From contig JBHLLP010000046.1 of the NCBI GenBank assembly GCA_048885525.1, forward strand, positions 1 through 28,280: a stretch of 28,280 bases of DNA, read 5' to 3'. Each line of letters begins with the position of its first letter. Position 1 is the first letter of the stretch. Below the pieces are notes generated by a model that saw only the letters and a list, made by a program, of their open reading frames with translations, was not told where the DNA came from and did not search any database. Of this stretch, positions 9,409-17,983 are shown piece after piece. This DNA comes from Candidatus Hermodarchaeota archaeon. GTDB lineage: Archaea > Asgardarchaeota > Lokiarchaeia > Sigyniarchaeales > SOKP01. The translations under genes and the position numbers were made by a program.

Positions 9409-12400
9409 TTACTCCTCAAAAATATAATTTTGAATTTTTATAAAGAAACTATAAATATATTCATATAGATCTTCCGCAAGTTCCTCTAAATTTTGGTTCT
9501 CCAAGTTGATTAAATCATACTTTTCAATATAACTTTCAAATTCTTCTTTGGAAAAAGGAAATTCTTCTGATTTTGCTAAGTTAATTATAAATTTTTCTAC
9601 TTCATTTATAGATAAAATTTGATTTACATTATAGAATTGTTTATAGACATTCAGAAGGTATTTTTTAATTAGCCCATGTCCAATTTTAATAGCTTTTTCG
9701 TAGTCATTATGGTTGATGAACCTAAAGATCTTGAAGATATCATAATTGAAGTCACTAAATTCGCGTGCAAATGCATCTTTTAAATTTTCCTTTTGAATAA
9801 TATATTTTCGAGGTTTTGGTCGAAATATATTCGTCAAATCTTCTGATTTTTGGATCTCTTTTTCGATCACATCAACCTGATTCTCAGAATCTGCCCTACT
9901 TTTTGCTTCAAAATAATCCTCTAATGCTCGTTGATATTGATCACCAACAGAATATGAAGTTCTTAATGCTTCTGAACCACTTGCTCGTTTTGGATGATTT
10001 TCCACTAAGTAGCCATGTTTCACTAATAAATTGAATATGTCATCTCTGATTTTATTGATGTGTTCTTTTTTATTTGTCTTTTGTGAAATTCTTGGATATA
10101 AGATTTCTTTTAGATGTTTTTTGATTTTTTGTTTATATAGATTACCTATTTGATCAAAATTTTGAACTTCACTAAGAAAACTTATTATTTCATTTCGATA
10201 GGGAAAATACCTTCCTAAATCTTTTTCGAATATAGTCTTTTTAGCCTGTTCTAAGATTCTTCGTTCGCTCTGTGTTAAATTGTACCCTTGATCTTGCATA
10301 AACTCCACAATTTCTCCGTATGGGAGGATCTTTCTACTTTTTATATTGTTCCAATCTACTACTACAGGGAATGGTTGATATATATCATCTCTTCGCACCA
10401 AAATTTCGTTATTTTTCATATTCATTAAATAATCAATTTGATATGTGTCATTTCTTTTGGAGGTATAATATCCTGTACCATATAATTCTTGGAGATTCAT
10501 TTGGGCTTTCAATGTAGCAATATCGCGTTTATCTGTTGCTCTAAATGAAATAATATTATTGAAATAATTGAACAAATGAGAATGGAGATATCTTATTTGA
10601 TTTGCCGAAAAAACCAAACCAAACTCGTGGTGAATAAGAGGATCTAAGAAAGTATTAATCTTACCATAATTCATTTTCCAGTCTAAAAAGTTGGCATTGA
10701 AAAAGATATCAACATTTGGGATAAAAATGATTTTCTTATGAAACTCATCTCTATGTTTGATATAATGTATAATCTTTGCAATAATCAGAAATGTAGAGAA
10801 TGTTTTTTTATCAAGATCTCTTAAACCAGACAGATCAATAATCACCGTTTTATCTGTTTTTACAAAATCATTGGCATGAATTCTATCCTTACCTGAGATG
10901 TTCTGAAAAAATGAAAGATCTTGATGAGTAAAATCAGAAAATACTGCTAACAATGAATCATTAATCGGATTTTTTTGCCAATCATTTAAAGTCTGCATAT
11001 CCAACTCAATTGATTTAAGATCCATGTCGGGATTTTTTTTAATCATATTTCGAAGCATGTCAATGATCCTTTGGTCTTTTTGGAACGCCATTCCGAATGC
11101 GTCAAACATGTATTCAAGATATTCGGCATTATCTTCTTCATAAGGAATATCAGATATGAGAGGGTCAATAGTAAATGCACTTCCTAACTTAAAGTAGAGA
11201 ATCCTATTTATCAATTGGGAGTTTTTGAAATAATCTAATAAAATTGACCATAACCCATTGAAATCAAATATTAAGCATGGAACACCAACTTTTATCAACT
11301 CTGCAACTATTTTCATAGCTACTAATTCACGATGTATAGGCATCCCATTTACAATCAATAAACTCTTAATTTGTTCTTCCGTAAATCCTACAGGTACTTC
11401 ACTTTCAAGTACTTCTGTATTAACAGTATGGCCAATTATAATAAAATTCTGTAGATATAGTGGTGTATTGAATTCAGCAGCAATTTTGGTAATAACTCCT
11501 TTTTTAAGAAGATCTACAACTGTAGTAAGAGGTGCTAGATTAATCCCTTGCACCATGAGTTCGTATAATTGAGTGCCATTTAACCGGAAATGGTTATTTT
11601 TTAATATTGAAAATAGGTACCCAGATAATAGTTTTTGGGATCTTAAATCCTCGATCCTATAATTTTGAAAATGTAAATTAAAAGCATCCTTTAGTGATTC
11701 GATTTTATAAGTTAGATCTTCTTCAAGTTCGTTAAAATTTTCGCGTTTTATAGTAGTAATGAATTTATAGGAATTAACTGACATAGTTAATATGCTATAC
11801 CACATACCTAATTGATAACCTAACCATTCTTCAGCGTCAGCATCGTTTTTAATTTCTTTCCAAAGTAATTTTTGTTGGGTTTCTTCATGAACATAGTTTA
11901 AACCGTGCTTATAAAACTCATAATATCCAATTGGTTTATTTCTTAAAGTATAACTAAATGAGAGTTTATAATTGTTTAAACTTTCAAAAAATTTCTCTGC
12001 AAGGCAAAATGGACTTTTTAAAATATACTTAAGATTTACCATCTTCAACCCAAGTAAAAGGTGATTATTGATTTGAAGAAATAAACTAAAGGGAAATTCT
12101 CGCAATTTATAAAAATGGATATTTTTAAAAGGATCTACTAACACACAATTTTCTGTATGTAATAATTTGCTTTTCGTAATTTGAAAGAACACAGCACGCC
12201 ACCAAATCATTAAAAAACCAATTGAAATTAAACAATTAATGCAGATAACATATATCATATTAATTGAAATGGAAAAAAGGATGTAGTCGAAATAGACTAT
12301 TATTACTATAATGAATAGGGCTTTTCTAAGAATACTAAAACTATTACCATTCAATAATTTCTTTTTATTTACTAAACCAATCGATGTTGTTACTTCTTCT

Positions 12401-12528
12401 TTTATGAAAAAAGTCCTTAAAGCATTTATTAAAGCGGTATCTGATAGTAATATAATTTTGAAATGATGGAAATTTGCCACAAAATTACTTTTTAAAGTAT
12501 TAGTATATTTTTTAATATAATATCTCAT
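9409..12528 (-). CDS. Membrane-anchored HerA/VirB4-like protein with degenerate Walker motifs; 3' part of a probably frameshifted ~1272-aa gene (13228-9409)
   Basis: IIIGHTVN...VPVGF...LLIVNGMPIHRE...GVPCLIFDFNG, VIIDLSGL, IIFIPNVD and GLVFSANQ...NIISFRATD follow the HerA/VirB4 motif order. GKS/T and DEAH are absent. There are two TM helices near the N-terminus. Confidence 0.8.
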   Translation of the reverse strand: MRYYIKKYTNTLKSNFVANFHHFKIILLSDTALINALRTFFIKEEVTTSIGLVNKKKLLNGNSFSILRKALFIIVIIVYFDYILFSISINMIYVICINCLISIGFLMIWWRAVFFQITKSKLLHTENCVLVDPFKNIHFYKLREFPFSLFLQINNHLLLGLKMVNLKYILKSPFCLAEKFFESLNNYKLSFSYTLRNKPIGYYEFYKHGLNYVHEETQQKLLWKEIKNDADAEEWLGYQLGMWYSILTMSVNSYKFITTIKRENFNELEEDLTYKIESLKDAFNLHFQNYRIEDLRSQKLLSGYLFSILKNNHFRLNGTQLYELMVQGINLAPLTTVVDLLKKGVITKIAAEFNTPLYLQNFIIIGHTVNTEVLESEVPVGFTEEQIKSLLIVNGMPIHRELVAMKIVAELIKVGVPCLIFDFNGLWSILLDYFKNSQLINRILYFKLGSAFTIDPLISDIPYEEDNAEYLEYMFDAFGMAFQKDQRIIDMLRNMIKKNPDMDLKSIELDMQTLNDWQKNPINDSLLAVFSDFTHQDLSFFQNISGKDRIHANDFVKTDKTVIIDLSGLRDLDKKTFSTFLIIAKIIHYIKHRDEFHKKIIFIPNVDIFFNANFLDWKMNYGKINTFLDPLIHHEFGLVFSANQIRYLHSHLFNYFNNIISFRATDKRDIATLKAQMNLQELYGTGYYTSKRNDTYQIDYLMNMKNNEILVRRDDIYQPFPVVVDWNNIKSRKILPYGEIVEFMQDQGYNLTQSERRILEQAKKTIFEKDLGRYFPYRNEIISFLSEVQNFDQIGNLYKQKIKKHLKEILYPRISQKTNKKEHINKIRDDIFNLLVKHGYLVENHPKRASGSEALRTSYSVGDQYQRALEDYFEAKSRADSENQVDVIEKEIQKSEDLTNIFRPKPRKYIIQKENLKDAFAREFSDFNYDIFKIFRFINHNDYEKAIKIGHGLIKKYLLNVYKQFYNVNQILSINEVEKFIINLAKSEEFPFSKEEFESYIEKYDLINLENQNLEELAEDLYEYIYSFFIKIQNYIFEE

Positions 12529-13228
12529 ACGTTCTAGTTTTTTTTTCAGTAAGAATTCCTTTGCAATGATAAAATATAGAAAAATAAATTGATGTAGTAA
12601 AAGATTCGATAGATCTCAACGAAGAATATCGTGTACTTTCTTTATCGAAAACATTTATTATAGGTTTTTGGATGACTTGATATGAAAAGGGAATTCTAAT
12701 TCTTTTGGAACTTAATGCTTTTATAAACTGTTTTATTGTAGGATGAATATTTTGAGGTATAACCTTTACTTCAAAAATTCGAAGAACTAAATGGGTAAGA
12801 TCATTTCGATCAGTACAATATAATGTAGAATATTCGTTTCTATCATACCAAAATACTAAATGTTCAAATGGATTAAATATAGTCTTATTTGCGAACGTAA
12901 ATGAAAATAAATTCCTCAATAAAAAGAATTGATCATGGAAGACAACAATAAATATGCATAATAAGAAAATCCCAATCACAGTTGATATCAGAGGATTATG
13001 ATTTATAATATAAGATGAAAGTATCACAGAAAATGTTAACACTGAAAGAAATATTGTTTTTACAATGGTTAGAACATTATTGATATCTTTAAATGAAGGA
13101 TTCACATCCCATATGTCAAAATACTTATTTTTTTGTCCATCTTCCTCTTCAGTTTTTTCCACTTTCTTTAGTTTGTTTTTTCTTTGAGAAATGCTATGTT
13201 CATCTGCACGTATATAGGTTTTTACCAT
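12512..13228 (-). CDS. 2-TM membrane protein; probably the 5' part of the frameshifted HerA/VirB4-like gene
   Basis: Removing one base from the T9 run at 12538-12546 gives ...GILTEKKLERMRYYIKK..., joining this ORF to 9409-12528. It is also similar to a second repeat in the downstream ORF. Confidence 0.8.
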   Translation of the reverse strand: MVKTYIRADEHSISQRKNKLKKVEKTEEEDGQKNKYFDIWDVNPSFKDINNVLTIVKTIFLSVLTFSVILSSYIINHNPLISTVIGIFLLCIFIVVFHDQFFLLRNLFSFTFANKTIFNPFEHLVFWYDRNEYSTLYCTDRNDLTHLVLRIFEVKVIPQNIHPTIKQFIKALSSKRIRIPFSYQVIQKPIINVFDKESTRYSSLRSIESFTTSIYFSIFYHCKGILTEKKTRTYEILY

Positions 13229-13229
13229 T

Positions 13230-14093
13230 TTAGATACACTCTTTACGAAATAGTTTAATATAAATAAAAATTAAGATGGCACTCGTACCACAAAAAACTA
13301 GTGACCAGGTATTTATACTCCCCAACTTGGCAGGAAAATAACTAATCTCAATTGATATTATCAATCCAAGAGAAATAGTTAGAATTATTAATCCAAATAA
13401 GAAATACTTATAAATTTCTTTAATAGAATTTTGATATATTAGATTTTTTTTAAGAGGTCCTTGAATGCTAATTCCTCTTTTGCCTTTTGAATCAATTGAA
13501 TTTCTTATAGAATGCAAAGCGATTGATTTCTCAAGCTTTTTAGCATTGAATTCATTATCAAGATCTTTTTGAACACTCTGCTCTAGATTTTTGATTTTTT
13601 GGATAATTAAAGGTTTTAATGTGCTTACATCATTTTGTTTATGTTTAATACCAGGGGAAAGAAAAGAAAATAACTCTAAATAGGATGATCCCATAAAATT
13701 TGTATTATTTATAGTTTTATGGAGATTCGGAACTTCTAATTTGCATAGGTCAAAATAAATGTTAAACATCGCTTTAATATACTGAATAGGAATTTCGCCT
13801 TTATTACGTAGAAATAAAGCCTCAGAATCTCTCACAATATCAATCTGCTCATCTTTAAAGATATGAATCTGTAAATTCTTATCAAAAATCTGATTGATTG
13901 ATGTCATATATTGGAATAAAGTCTCCCCTGAGCTTCTTTTACGGGGCTTCACGCCAAGATTTATCCCAATTTCATCTAATCGATTACTTGTTAAAATAAA
14001 ACTAACTACAGCTAACTTCTTGTAATTTTTAGTTTGTTTACATATCTGAATTAAGTTTTTCAATTTCATATCATCAATATAATTCTTATCCAT
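13230..14093 (-). CDS. Hypothetical protein with an N-terminal helical (possibly HEPN-like) domain and 2 C-terminal TM helices
   Basis: 287 aa with a GGAG RBS in the end of the upstream gene. Hydrophobic segments are FLFGLIILTISLGLIISI and WSLVFCGTSAILIFIYI. Confidence 0.8.
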   Translation of the reverse strand: MDKNYIDDMKLKNLIQICKQTKNYKKLAVVSFILTSNRLDEIGINLGVKPRKRSSGETLFQYMTSINQIFDKNLQIHIFKDEQIDIVRDSEALFLRNKGEIPIQYIKAMFNIYFDLCKLEVPNLHKTINNTNFMGSSYLELFSFLSPGIKHKQNDVSTLKPLIIQKIKNLEQSVQKDLDNEFNAKKLEKSIALHSIRNSIDSKGKRGISIQGPLKKNLIYQNSIKEIYKYFLFGLIILTISLGLIISIEISYFPAKLGSINTWSLVFCGTSAILIFIYIKLFRKECI

Positions 14094-14096
14094 AGA

Positions 14097-14834
14097 TTAG
14101 TCTCCACCCTCAATAAATGAATTTATTATATTTTCTAGTTCAATTTCTTGTGAATTTTGACTATTCGTCTTATATTTGAGCTCTTCTTGGGCAATTAATT
14201 TATCTAAATCTAACGGTTCTTGAATATGATTAAGAACTTTTTCCACCATAGTTTCAGGTGTTTTTTCCACATTATCGAAGGTATTTAATGTACGGAAGTA
14301 GAAAATAGTAAAAGGAAAAATTAGCATAAAGGCAATCAAATGGAAAATATAACCGATATCAAAATGATATAGGTAAATAAATTCTGTATTATAATCTACG
14401 ATTTGTAAGAAAGGAAAATAAAGTCGTTGAGGGGTGAGGTACATGATGGGAAATGCTATGATATAAAACAAATTTAATATAAGGGATGTGATAAGTAAAT
14501 AACTATAAGGACGGTAATTTGCAATAGATTTGACCCTTTCTACATCTTTAAATAACATAATATAACCTGAAAGTATAAGAGAACCTAAAAAAATAATATT
14601 AAGAGGAAGTGGGACAGACAGATTTTCGGGACGTAGAGCTTCATTTAGCTGAGAACTGGGGATTAATAAAGTAGACCATTCTTTAAATATATTATATTTC
14701 CATGAAACAATAAGCTCATAATCTAGAGTATATATTTGAAAAGAATACCATTCTACAAATAAAGAAAGAAATAATAAAATGAGACCACATAAAAAACTTA
14801 TTTTAAATATTTTTATGGTACTAATGGCTATCAA
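14097..14834 (-). CDS. 4-TM membrane protein with an acidic C-terminal tail
   Basis: 245 aa with four hydrophobic segments. The TTG start overlaps the upstream TGA (TTGA at 14831-14834). Confidence 0.8.
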   Translation of the reverse strand: MIAISTIKIFKISFLCGLILLFLSLFVEWYSFQIYTLDYELIVSWKYNIFKEWSTLLIPSSQLNEALRPENLSVPLPLNIIFLGSLILSGYIMLFKDVERVKSIANYRPYSYLLITSLILNLFYIIAFPIMYLTPQRLYFPFLQIVDYNTEFIYLYHFDIGYIFHLIAFMLIFPFTIFYFRTLNTFDNVEKTPETMVEKVLNHIQEPLDLDKLIAQEELKYKTNSQNSQEIELENIINSFIEGGD

Positions 14835-17179
14835 TCCTCAAGAAATGAACTGTATTTGTCTATTAAATCATTTTTAACTTTGAGTTCGTGAGCATCGGGC
14901 TCTGACATATCCTCTTCAAATAATTTAACTTGCTCAACTTTTTTTTTCATTACTTTGTCCATGTGATATAAACGCGCATTATCCTTCTCGATTTTCTTAA
15001 GAATTGGAGAATCAGGATTCTTTCCCAAAATTTCATACCCGAATTGTTCCATAAGCTTTGGAGGAAACCTTTCATTAATTAATACTAAACTCGTTTCATC
15101 TAAGCCTAAATCTCTTTGATAATATGGAGTAGCAAATAGTTGTTTGATATGACCTTTATGTTTATTATATTTAATATAAATATACCCTATAATTATCGTA
15201 TATAAACTAATAATTCCATATCCTAAATTAATGACTAATTTTAATAATGAAAATCCTTGAAATAAGACTATTAAAAGTAATACAAACCCATAAACAATAA
15301 ATGGGGTTGAAGCTATTCTTATCTCTATCATGAATCTTTTCGCTACTTCGCTATTTAACTCGATTGCACTTTTCTTCTCTGAGTATGTCTCAATAAGAAA
15401 GTATTTCTGATCGATATAATGTAAAAAATCGGATAATTTAGAAATATCGACAACATGAATATTTGAATGTCTTTGGTATGCAAATGGAACAAGTTTTTCC
15501 GTAAAACCTACATTGTTTTTACTTACTATGAGAGGCTCGATTAACACTTCATATTGTAATGGTCCTGAGCGAAGAAATAAGGTTTTATGAGTAATCGTTT
15601 TTTCTGGATAAATTTCAATGTGAAGATATTGCATTATATATTCTAACAATTCTCCACTACTTGCTAAATCATTAATAATAGTTACCTCTGCTTTCTGAAG
15701 AGCTTTTATGTATGATTGAGGGATCTTTTTGGTGAGAAAACTCCTTTCATTGTCATTTATAGGTTTGTAATCAATTGAGTCGGCTGAAACCATAAGTGTT
15801 CCTTCCAGTTTACTTATAATAATTGGGACTATACATATTAGGTCAAGAAATTCATGGATATGTATAGTCTTTAATGCTAGTGCATCAATTCCAGCAAATA
15901 CCGATCGAAGTTTTTGAGATTTCTCGATAATAGAGAAATCAGATGCCTTAACTTTTCTATATAATTTCTCTATAGTAATAAAATTTTCTTTATATTTGTT
16001 GGCTTCCCTTGACTTTTTAGTGTCTTCTACTTTTCGAGGTTCATCTAAAGTTCCTAAAAGCTTCTCCCCATCCTCATTAGGGAGAATAATTTCAGATTCA
16101 TCCTCTTCAAGCATTTCTTCATAATCTATATTCGATTTGTCATAATTATCTTGTTCAGTAACTCCAAGTTCCAGATTTTTGATCTCTTTTTGTGGTATGC
16201 TATGACTGCCTGTTGTTCGTGGATATTTAAATTTATCTTCAAACCATGGTTCAGATTCGTGTTCTTCTCTTACTTCATGCTTAATATTAATGTCCGTTTC
16301 AATATTAGGATTAAAGATGAAATCTCCATTTACATACTCTATCGTAATTCTTCTATTTTTAATCCATTCTTTACCATAGATTTCATACCAATCACGATAT
16401 TTTTCAGAATGTACAATAATATACCCATTTTTTTCTTTTGCGTATTGAAGTACAAATTTGTCAGCTTCAACACCACTTTGTATTTGATGTATAATCCTAT
16501 TGTCCTTCAGCTCTTCCAATTTTCTTTTATTATCGATTTGATGCTTTAAAGTATAATCGCAAAATATAGTTATGTTTTCAAAACCTTTAGATTTTAATAA
16601 TTCTCTCAATTCAATTAAATAACTAATCTTAGCAAGTTCTCCTTGTTTTCTATCACCCCCCATCCATGCAACATTTGAACCATCAATTATGATATCAGTT
16701 GATGGACTAAGGACGTATTTATAATCTGAAATATTTTTTTTGGGTTTGATTTTCCATTGCGGATGTTTTTGTTCTGAAATTATTGGTAAAGATGATCTTC
16801 TCTTTATAATTCTGTTTGAATTATTTTTTTCCTCCAAAAGAGGGAAATCATTTAATTTTTTTAATCGTACATATTGATTTGCTGTTTCAATGATTTTTTG
16901 TGCTGTTATTTGACCAATACCATTAATTTGTGTCAATTTTGCAACTGTAGATTGTGATAACTCTTTAGGTGAAAAAATTCCTTCTTTTTCTAAAATTTCA
17001 GCAAGATGAGGTCCAACGCCTTTCAAAACTGTTAAATCTTCCTTTACAATACTAGGGGTTAGATTCATCGCTTCTTGGTCTAAATGAGAGAAATATGCGT
17101 CAGATGTCTCTTCCCAATCATGCTCTTTTTCTACTCTACTCGACTTTTTTTTCAATAGATTTTGTTGGGTATCTGTCAT
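14831..17179 (-). CDS. Multidomain membrane protein: HhH pair + Zc3h12a/Regnase-like NYN (PIN) nuclease + acidic linker + uncharacterised domain + 2 TM
   Basis: DLTVLKGVGP...LTQINGIGQITAQKI is the HhH pair. IIIDGSNVAW...EADKFVLQYA...IIVHSEKYRDW...RRITI is the NYN/PIN domain. Two TM helices lie near residues 625-670. Confidence 0.85.
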   Translation of the reverse strand: MTDTQQNLLKKKSSRVEKEHDWEETSDAYFSHLDQEAMNLTPSIVKEDLTVLKGVGPHLAEILEKEGIFSPKELSQSTVAKLTQINGIGQITAQKIIETANQYVRLKKLNDFPLLEEKNNSNRIIKRRSSLPIISEQKHPQWKIKPKKNISDYKYVLSPSTDIIIDGSNVAWMGGDRKQGELAKISYLIELRELLKSKGFENITIFCDYTLKHQIDNKRKLEELKDNRIIHQIQSGVEADKFVLQYAKEKNGYIIVHSEKYRDWYEIYGKEWIKNRRITIEYVNGDFIFNPNIETDINIKHEVREEHESEPWFEDKFKYPRTTGSHSIPQKEIKNLELGVTEQDNYDKSNIDYEEMLEEDESEIILPNEDGEKLLGTLDEPRKVEDTKKSREANKYKENFITIEKLYRKVKASDFSIIEKSQKLRSVFAGIDALALKTIHIHEFLDLICIVPIIISKLEGTLMVSADSIDYKPINDNERSFLTKKIPQSYIKALQKAEVTIINDLASSGELLEYIMQYLHIEIYPEKTITHKTLFLRSGPLQYEVLIEPLIVSKNNVGFTEKLVPFAYQRHSNIHVVDISKLSDFLHYIDQKYFLIETYSEKKSAIELNSEVAKRFMIEIRIASTPFIVYGFVLLLIVLFQGFSLLKLVINLGYGIISLYTIIIGYIYIKYNKHKGHIKQLFATPYYQRDLGLDETSLVLINERFPPKLMEQFGYEILGKNPDSPILKKIEKDNARLYHMDKVMKKKVEQVKLFEEDMSEPDAHELKVKNDLIDKYSSFLED

Positions 17180-17203
17180 ATGTATTCATAAAAAACTCGA
17201 CCA

Positions 17204-17211
17204 TTTATAAA
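17204..17211 (-). promoter_or_regulatory. Putative TATA box for a near-leaderless transcript of the membrane operon
   Basis: TTTATAAA lies 25-32 nt upstream of the ATG at 17179, and no RBS precedes that ATG. Confidence 0.45.
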
Positions 17212-17325
17212 GAAAAAATTAGTAAATTCTCGTAGGGCAGATTTTATTTTATAAGAGACAAATTTAAATTATTATAAAGAATCCTAATCATGAAAAATGA
17301 CAGAAATTTTTCAACCAAAAATAAT

Positions 17326-17446
17326 GACGAGCACCCGTCTGTACCCTGGATTTTTGTCTTTTGGTAGTGTATTAAGTACACTCTGATTTCACCCTCCTCC
17401 TTTATATTTTTGAAGCATAATTGCTTCTACAGAATGGGTGCGAGTC
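17326..17446. other. Structured intergenic element (candidate ncRNA or small inverted-repeat element)
   Basis: Arms 17326-17343 and 17428-17446 pair and enclose two small hairpins (17366-17382 and 17412-17427). Confidence 0.5.
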
Positions 17447-17703
17447 TCCTTTTACTCTATAAAAAAATGAATTCAATAAGATTTCCTTTATTCTAAACTA
17501 AAAAAAAGGTATGTTTAAGCTATTTATTCTACTCTTAAACATTGAAATTCTTTTTTTATTATCGAATTGTTGTTATAGATTGTTGTTTTAGTCTTTCCTA
17601 ACTTTTTTTTCTTTTAAATTAATTTGTTCTCTTTGATAAATAAAAAGAGTAAACGTGATGTAATATCGTAATTGTATTTGGGAAAATTAAAAACCTAAAA
17701 GAA

Positions 17704-17970
17704 GTGAAGCATACTTCTAAAAAATCAATTATATGCCCTTTATGTAATAAAAAAATTACAATAGGCGTAGAAGATTTCATTTTAAAAAATCGGAACCGTT
17801 ATGTGCATTTCCCTCACATTCATTTACATGGAGATCCCCTTCATGCTTTAATTTGCTATGTTAATTCAAATCTGGATATACACAATATAGGAATTATAAA
17901 AAGTATCGAGATATCAAGAGATTCTAAGACATTTACGCAGTTAATGAAAAAATGGACAAATCCTTACTAG
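17704..17970 (+). CDS. Small putative metal-binding protein (CPLC...HIHLHGDPLH)
   Basis: 88 aa with a GTG start, CxxC and a His-rich motif; it ends 13 nt before the helicase start. Confidence 0.75.
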   Translation: MKHTSKKSIICPLCNKKITIGVEDFILKNRNRYVHFPHIHLHGDPLHALICYVNSNLDIHNIGIIKSIEISRDSKTFTQLMKKWTNPY

Positions 17971-17983
17971 TAGGTGATGCCTA

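Noticed and set aside
9048-17179. Integrated conjugative element or provirus
   Set aside because: No integrase, relaxase, capsid, att repeat or obvious compositional shift was seen; the operon looks chromosomal.
17324-17446. SECIS or K-turn interpretation of the tandem-GA stem
   Set aside because: The GA pair follows C rather than the AUGA core, there is no 3-nt bulge, the apical region is ~85 nt, and no adjacent gene has a credible in-frame UGA.
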